Made by a program: the position numbers and the translations under genes
Shown here: piece by piece, positions 45,565 through 51,373 of the stretch
How positions within the stretch are numbered: the first letter of the stretch is position 1
Layout of the letters: each line of letters begins with the position of its first letter
Source of the DNA: Actinomycetes bacterium
GTDB taxonomy: Bacteria > Actinomycetota > Acidimicrobiia > Acidimicrobiales > JAKAOS01
NCBI GenBank assembly: GCA_021795215.1
Contig: JAJYPS010000003.1
Location: forward strand, 1-51,373
Length of the DNA: 51,373 bases
Direction: 5' to 3'
Notes under the pieces: generated by a model
What the model was told of the DNA's origin: nothing
Seen by the model: the letters and a program-made list of their open reading frames with translations, nothing else
The model's database searches: none

Positions 45565-47091
45565 CTACTTGCGGCGCTTCTGCGGCTTTCCGCTCTTGCG
45601 CCTGTCACTCTGTGGTGGTTCCTTCGGCAGCGGCTGGTGGCATTCGAACAAGCCGTAGACGGTGCCTTCCCCTCTGCTGGTCGCTTCGTCGGCCACCATC
45701 ACGACGTGTAGTCCCTTGGTAGCTCTCATCCGTCGGCGGAAGTCGGACATGCCGGGATTGTCGGCGGGCACCCCCATCAGCAGCTGCGCGCCGTTGCTGC
45801 CGACCAGGACGAACACCTGCTGACCCGCGTCGGTACGAACAGCCGTAACTCCGAAGGGGTCGAGCTGGGCGACTTTGGCTGCGATGGATTCTCCCTTGTC
45901 GGGTCGCGCCAGGATCGCCAGGAGCGGCACCTCCGTCCCCGCCGGCCCAGGTGCACCAGGAGGGAATGGCCGTCGGATGCGCGCCGCGGCGCGTAGTTCT
46001 GCCACCGATGGCCAGCGGAGGTGGCCAAGAACAACTGGCGTTCCTCGAGGGACGAGGTCGGAGCCGGCCTGGTGGAGCCGAAATTGGGGGACGTCGGGGG
46101 CCGGTGCGGCGGGCTTCAATGCGATGGAGAACTTTGCCGTTCTGCCGTTCCCGAGCACGATCTGCCCCTTGGTGGCTTGACGGGCCGAACCGACCGCGAT
46201 GGGGCCGCGGCTGTCGTGGGCCGTCACCGCGGCAAGAGCGACCGCCAGCAGCTGAGCATCTGCCTCTCCCAGGTCGCCGCGGCCTTCCGGATGGAGCCGA
46301 AACGCGCCAGGCACGAGCTCCGCCTCGGGTGGCCACCCGTACCGAACGGCCTTGTCGCGGACGTCCGAGGGCAGTTCTGACGGAGGGTCGAGCATCAACG
46401 AAAGCGTGCCCGGCGGCATGGGGACCGGGTGCCCGACCTTCTGATCGTCCAGACCCGCCGGCATGTGACCTCCGGGGCAGAGGAGCAGACCGCGCTGGAT
46501 GCCCGAGCTGCCCAGCACTACCGCGGCCCAGCCGCCCTCGGTCTCGTGGGAGCTCGTCTCCAGGGCCAGCACTACCCCGTCGTCCCATCGCGTCCAGGGC
46601 GCAGCCCGGTAGAAGTCGAGCGCGGACCGGTACAGCAGCGCCCAATCGGACGGATCCGGCGGCGGCTCGTCGGGCTGCTCGCGACCCGACAGGTGTCCGA
46701 GGAACGAATCGAAGATGTCCTCCGACTCCGCCGGTGGTTCGATGGCCCGAACTGGGGGCAGATGATCTCGAGAGATGAGGGACGGCAGGATCTGGCCTAT
46801 CTGAGCCTCGAGCTCGGGAGCGCAGAGCACCTCGTCCGGTCGCTCGGGCGGAAGGCCTCCCGCCGGCTTGGTGAGGCCCATCTCGACAGCCTGAGCGATC
46901 GCATCCATTTCGGTCGGGGCCGCCGCCAGTCCCCGCACGAGCCCGGTGACCATGTCCAGCACCATGGCCGCCCGGACCTGCGGCTCTCCGTCGATCTGTA
47001 CCGACTCAGAGATGTCGCGGCCGAGAACCAGCCACGTACCACCCTCGTGGCGCCCGATTCGTCCCACCGTTTCGCTGGTCACGAAAGTCAC
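45565..47091 (-). CDS. Hypothetical protein, 508 aa (possible DUF7309/DUF6930-like segment)
   Basis: Long high-GC3 ORF; segment WALLYRSALDFYRAAPWTRWDD...AAVVLGSSG...GL recalls that family; basic C-terminal tail. Confidence 0.7.
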   Translation of the reverse strand: MTFVTSETVGRIGRHEGGTWLVLGRDISESVQIDGEPQVRAAMVLDMVTGLVRGLAAAPTEMDAIAQAVEMGLTKPAGGLPPERPDEVLCAPELEAQIGQILPSLISRDHLPPVRAIEPPAESEDIFDSFLGHLSGREQPDEPPPDPSDWALLYRSALDFYRAAPWTRWDDGVVLALETSSHETEGGWAAVVLGSSGIQRGLLLCPGGHMPAGLDDQKVGHPVPMPPGTLSLMLDPPSELPSDVRDKAVRYGWPPEAELVPGAFRLHPEGRGDLGEADAQLLAVALAAVTAHDSRGPIAVGSARQATKGQIVLGNGRTAKFSIALKPAAPAPDVPQFRLHQAGSDLVPRGTPVVLGHLRWPSVAELRAAARIRRPFPPGAPGPAGTEVPLLAILARPDKGESIAAKVAQLDPFGVTAVRTDAGQQVFVLVGSNGAQLLMGVPADNPGMSDFRRRMRATKGLHVVMVADEATSRGEGTVYGLFECHQPLPKEPPQSDRRKSGKPQKRRK

Positions 47092-47257
47092 TCTGCCAGA
47101 ACCAGCCGAGGCTGGCTGCAGGCGGAAGGCAACAAGATGAGATTCCCCTCCTCCGGCATGGGCAGTACGACTCGACGACGACCCTTCGCGCGGCGCCGGC
47201 CGTGACGAGCAGGCGTGGCTGGGCGCAGCACCTCACCACGACGACGTGCCTGCTAGA

Positions 47258-47357
47258 ACCTGTTCGACTTGTGCGACTTGTTCGACTTGTTCGACCTGTT
47301 CACCCTGCTTGGACCTGTTCGCCTGTGCGCCCTGTTCGCCCTGTTTGGACCTGTTCG
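47258..47357. repeat. About 11 degenerate 9-bp units (A/C)C(C/T)TGTTCG
   Basis: ACCTGTTCG, ACTTGTGCG, ACTTGTTCG x2, etc.; reads EQV repeats on the minus strand. Confidence 0.9.
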
Positions 47358-47464
47358 AATGCCGCGATGAGTTGTCGCCTCACCAGCTCGGTCGGTTGCT
47401 CCAGCGGCGGCCGTGGCGTGCCACAAGAGGACCAGCGGGACGAGAGCCGTCAGACTGCGGACGA

Positions 47465-47794
47465 TGTCCGGGGCGGTCCCCGGCATGCCCTCGCGCTTAC
47501 CTCCGTTGCCGGTGTGACCGAAGTCGGGGCCCTCCCTCCCGCCGGGTTCATCCCAGCGATCTGCGGTACTACGACCCCGTCGGACTCCCGCTTGCCTCCG
47601 CCGGATTTCACCACTGGCTTATACCGACGGCCTTTGCTGACGACTGGCAAGACGGGTCTCTCCTGTCCCGAATCATCCCTTGCGTACGTGCCGCTTCCCA
47701 TACCCCGGAGGGACCTGGCCAAGGGCATGTCCGGACGCCAGTCAAGCCAGGTGCTGCCTTACGCTTGCTCCCTCTTAAGAGGCACTTGACGCGC
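47465..47794 (-). mobile_element. 5' fragment of a group II intron ribozyme (D1-D3, start of D4); no RT ORF, D5 or D6
   Basis: Minus strand: GCGCGUCAAG (possible 5' end), GGCACGUACGCA, GGAGAGACCCGUC, GGGAGUCCGACGGGGUCGUAGUACC (47565-47589), GGAGGGAGGGCCCC (47526-47539), GUAAGCGCGAGGGCAUG. Family match is from recall. Confidence 0.75.
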
Positions 47795-47831
47795 CAGAGC
47801 AGCAGCAGGCCAACCACGATCCAAAAGACGT

Positions 47832-49845
47832 TCACAGCTCCACCCCTACCTCTCTGGCAGGCTCGACAGTGATCGGCTCGTGCTCCTCGGCGATCTTCCC
47901 CTTCGCCTCGCGAGCCAGGCTCAGCGCTCGCTCGACTGCGGCCTGTGCCCGCTTGCGGTGTCCGATGGCCTCGATTGTCCGGACCGCCGACTCTGCTCCG
48001 AGGGGCCGGTGGTCGGTGCCGATCCCCCAGCGGTCTCGGTAGGCGGCGACGGTGGAGACCGCACGCATCCAGGCTTCCCTCGCTCCCGGCTCCTGAGGCG
48101 GTGTGCTCAGGCGGCGCACCCACACCCGGCCGGAGTCGACCGCCGCGTCGGCCAGGTCGGCGGCACGGCGCTCCATCGCCTGGTCCCGCTCGTCGAGCGC
48201 TCCGGCCATGTCGGGATCGGTGACGCCTGATGCTTGTGGAATGAGCCCGGCGATCAGGTTCGTGGCCGCCTGGCGCTTCGAGCCCGCGGCGGCGACCCAT
48301 CGGTCCACCCGGCCATGGAGGACCGCGGCGGGGTCCTCTGCGTCGACGAGCGGCCGCGCGGCAACCAGCTTGGGGAAGGCTCCCTCCACCTCCAGACCTC
48401 GTGCCTCGGCGTCTCGCAGCGCTGCGAGCAGCGGGCCATGCGCCTCACTGGCGCGCACCTGCCCCAGCTGTTCGGAGTCCAGCCCGCAACTCTCCAAGAG
48501 GGCATCCCAGCGCTCGGCCTGAGCGACGCGGGCGAGTGTCTGGTACTCACCGGCAAGTGCGGTGAAGTCCTCCGCCTGATGTTGTGCCCGACGCATGGCC
48601 TCGTGTGCGGAGACGTCCGCTCCCTCGTTGGCGAGCACTCCTGTGAGCACGTCCCTGGCGCTACAGGGTTCGCTCATCCCATCGTGGGAGGTGGCGGGGT
48701 CGGGGTCGTAGTGGGTGTCCACGTAGAGCCAGTTGGACTCCCTGCCCCTGGTAGCCGCTACGTAAAGCACTTCCCGCGTGGTGGTTGGTGAGACCATCGC
48801 ATGTGCGGTGTCGACGGTTCGGCCCTGCGCCCGGTGCGCCGTGGTGGCGTAGGCCAGCTCGACGTGGTTGGCCACGTAGTCGGCGGGCAGCACCACCTCG
48901 CCCTTGCCAGTACTGCGTCGCACCGCCATGGAGCCATCGTCGTTGGTGGCTGTGACTACGAAGCGATCGCCGTTCTTCACCCAGCGCCGTCCGGTGACGA
49001 GAAGGCGGTTGTTGGCCCTGGTGACCACGTAGTCGCCCACGCCTGCCACCTGGCCGTCTGCGATCGCCAGGCCCTCGCCAGCGACCGCGCCTGCGGCCAC
49101 CCGGTCGGACTTCGCCCGGCGGTTCAACTCTGCCACGGTGGCCGAGTCCGAGGCGATCATCAAGCTCCGCTCCCCGGCGTCTGTGTCGGACCTCCACGCT
49201 CGGTAGAGGTGATCGAGCATCTCCTCCCGCTGGCCCCCCGACACCCGGCCGTGGGCCTCGTAGGAGTCGATGGCTGACTCTCGGCCGAGGCGCAACTCGA
49301 CACTCGCCGTCCTCTCCCATTCGGCGCGGAACCGGCGCACGTCGCAAAGCTCGGGGGCCAGGTCTCCACGGTCAGACACCAAGAGGCTGAACGCCCCGCC
49401 TGCCTCCACCGCAGAGAGCTGCGCCCAGTCGCCGACCAGGAGCACCTTGGCCCCGGCGTCTCTGACTGCTGATACGAGCTCGTCGAGGGCGAAGGTCCCC
49501 GCCAGGCTCGCCTCGTCCACGATCACGAGTTGGCCGGGGTGGAGACGGCGCTCCTCGACTGCACGGCGGGCTTGTTCCAGTTGCCCCCGCAGCTCGGCCG
49601 CAGCGACAGAGAGGGGCTGGGCGTCTCGGGCGAGGCGGGCGACGAGGCGGTCCCGGCGAGCGGCCAGCTCGGGCACCTTTCGCCATTCGGTGAGCCACTT
49701 GGCGGTGTTCTCGGTGTCGATCCCGAGCTCGTCGGAGAGCACCTCGGACGCTGCGGCCGAGGGGGCCAGGCCGATCACCGAGCCCGGCCCGTGGTCTGCC
49801 TCCCATGAGGCCCGCAGGGCGGCCATAGTGGAGGTCTTGCCCGTG
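47832..49845 (-). pseudogene. C-terminal helicase part of a MobF/TrwC(TraA)-type conjugative relaxase; N-terminal relaxase domain missing
   Basis: Frame begins at half a Walker A (TGKTSTM), then GLAPSAAA, IVDEASL, LLVGDWAQLSAVEAGG, YATTAHRAQGRTVD, YVAATRGR. No HUH domain upstream. Confidence 0.85.
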
Positions 49846-49851
49846 TGGAAA

Positions 49852-49880
49852 TGTCAAGCGGATTTGGCCCCACTGTGATG
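49852..49880 (+). mobile_element. Solo IS21-like terminal inverted repeat
   Basis: TGTCAAGCGGATTTGGCCCCACTGTGATGG: a TG terminus and a TTGGCCCCAC motif I recall from actinobacterial IS21 ends; no istAB follows. Confidence 0.45.
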
Positions 49881-50319
49881 GGGCGGTTTCTAGCGACCGT
49901 CGCAACACGCGACCGAACGAGGGCAGCGTAGACGAGGTCAGCGGACTTGCTCGAACAGGACGCGTGCAACGCTCTCGTCCGACTCGATCGACCAGGCGCT
50001 TGCTACATCGCACAGCGCGACGACGCAGCCGAGGATTAGACCATCGCCGCCGTGGCTCACGATGAGCCGTCCGAGGGAAGACAGTGCTGTGCTGTGCCGT
50101 GGCGAGCAAGACCGACGATCTCATGAGATGCGTGCTCGTCTTCGCTGCGAGCGCGGCGGACGGGCTCACGGACGCGCAGGGGTGCCCCCGCGCTCTTCTG
50201 TGAGCCAGTCGTCGAGGAGGCCGAGGGAGATCCCGATGCACGAAGCGACCGTCGCCTCCTTGGCGCGCAGGGACTCCGGCACGAGACGGGCAACCACGTC
50301 GCGGACCCCTTCGTCGTAA

Positions 50320-50439
50320 GCACTCGCCCGAGCATCAACAGCCTCGCAGCGCGGACACCGCCAAAGAACGCCCTGGCGCTCGATTGCCCGGATGCGAGAC
50401 CAACTCGCCCACCACTACTTTGACACCCGAGTACTTTGA
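50320..50439 (+). pseudogene. HepT (DUF86/HEPN) toxin remnant
   Basis: PWRSIARMRDQLAHHYFDT with the RX4HXY motif; in-frame TAA at 50317 and TGA at 50437. Confidence 0.65.
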
Positions 50440-50463
50440 CACCCGAGTACTTTGACGCCCGAG
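50416..50463. repeat. 3 x 16-bp tandem repeat TACTTTGAC(A/G)CCCGAG
   Basis: Units at 50416, 50432 and 50448. Confidence 0.96.
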
Positions 50464-50740
50464 CAGCAGGCAATTTTCGAGGCGCCGAACTCTCGATCCA
50501 CTTCGACCCCACGATCCGCCAGACTGCTTTCAAGGTCGACCTGACCCGTGGGGTAAGCGTACGTGTCGGAGGGGGGACACGGGCGTTAACCCCACACTTG
50601 GAGCTGACCGGCGAGCGGACTATCCCAGCCGCTTGAACTGGCGGGTCTTGGCGAAATCCACCACCATGTCCTTCGATTTACCGGTCGTCGCGCATCGCCA
50701 GCAACATTCTCCCACGGGTGCTCGGCTCGTTGCCCCAGCC

Positions 50741-51118
50741 TCACTCGGCGTCGCCCACTGGGAGTCGCCGGGCACGCACACGGGTCGACTCCATCACGAC
50801 AATGGCTCCTGCATCGAGGTCAGCAGCGATTTGGCTGAAGTTCGCAAGCAGCAGGGCTGCCTGACCTGAGGCAGCGCGCTCCCCCTCCCGGCGGAGCAGG
50901 ATCACCGACGGAAGGCTTGCTCCCGATGCGGCCAGCAACTGCCCGAAATCGGTGTCAGCTGAAATCAAGGTTCGCCGCTCGGTTCTGGCTCGTTCCAGTA
51001 TGACTCGATCGGAGGCCGTCAGCAGGCCGACGTCTCGAACGTGGAGCGCGTCGTGGTCGGCAGCATTGAGCAACTCAGCGAGGAGAGGCGACAAGTTCTC
51101 GTCGAGGAGCAGCCTCAC
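50741..51118 (-). CDS. DUF5615 PIN-like toxin (VapC45-like)
   Basis: MRLLLDENLS...HVRDVGL..ASD..IL..A..E.R.LISADTDFG. Confidence 0.92.
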   Translation of the reverse strand: MRLLLDENLSPLLAELLNAADHDALHVRDVGLLTASDRVILERARTERRTLISADTDFGQLLAASGASLPSVILLRREGERAASGQAALLLANFSQIAADLDAGAIVVMESTRVRARRLPVGDAE

Positions 51119-51345
51119 GCGCTCGTGCGCAATGGCAACTCTCGCTCGGTGACCGCCTCGGCCGCGTAGCGCAGCGCTTCACGGATGTCGGCGTCTTCCA
51201 GGTCGGGATGCTCAGCCAACACCTGTTCGAAGCTCATCCCGTCAGCCACCATGGCCACCACGGTGGCCACGGGGAATCGTAGGTCACGGATGCAAGGCAA
51301 CCCCCCCATCCGCTCTGGGTGGGTGGTGATCCGTTCGAACCTCAC
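51115..51345 (-). CDS. DUF433 antitoxin
   Basis: RITTHPERMGGLPCIRDLRFPVATVV.MVADGMS....LAEHPDLE.ADIREALRYAA; GTGA overlap with the toxin. Confidence 0.93.
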   Translation of the reverse strand: MRFERITTHPERMGGLPCIRDLRFPVATVVAMVADGMSFEQVLAEHPDLEDADIREALRYAAEAVTERELPLRTSA

Positions 51346-51373
51346 CTCACCACGCTACCGCAGATACCATCGA

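Noticed and set aside
50166-50414. Minus-strand frame AYDEGVRDVVARLVPESLRAKEATVASCIGISLGLLDDWL as an IS3 OrfA or TetR C-terminal scrap
   Set aside because: High GC3 and helical, but there is no start, no OrfB and no family I can name with confidence; needs blastx.
50620-50667. 15-aa micro-ORF MVVDFAKTRQFKRLG with GAAGGA upstream
   Set aside because: The RBS spacing is too short and there is no other support; possibly a truncated gene start.

Overview
High-GC actinobacterial chromosomal window; an Acidimicrobiia-like origin is an inference from gene content. The left two thirds are a nitrogen- and amino-sugar-scavenging region. It holds a MarR/MFS efflux pair, an fmdB-fmdA-permease formamidase operon, and a guanidine-I riboswitch driving a GdmH-type guanidine hydrolase plus an APC permease. 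It also holds an unusual internally duplicated double-XRE protein, a MurNAc/GlcNAc recycling cluster (RpiR regulator, serine hydrolase, BadF-type kinase, sugar ABC transporter, murQ, nagA, nagB), a second acetamidase/formamidase with APC permease behind a GlnR-like box, and a GlnA3-like gamma-glutamylation module. The middle is mostly core-type genes: M50 protease, argG, csaA, nitrobindin, egtD, a histidine kinase with two receivers, tRNA-Cys, a geranylgeranyl-reductase-family gene, glutamate decarboxylase, a SEC-C methionine aminopeptidase and a class II aldolase. The last ~6 kb is a decayed mobile element: an RT-less 5' group II intron fragment, a TrwC-type helicase cut at Walker A next to an IS21-like end, a HepT toxin remnant broken by a 3x16-bp repeat, and an intact DUF433/DUF5615 toxin-antitoxin pair. 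Short tandem duplications (7-29 bp period) occur throughout intergenic DNA and gene N-termini. All calls come from reading motifs by eye; no searches were run.
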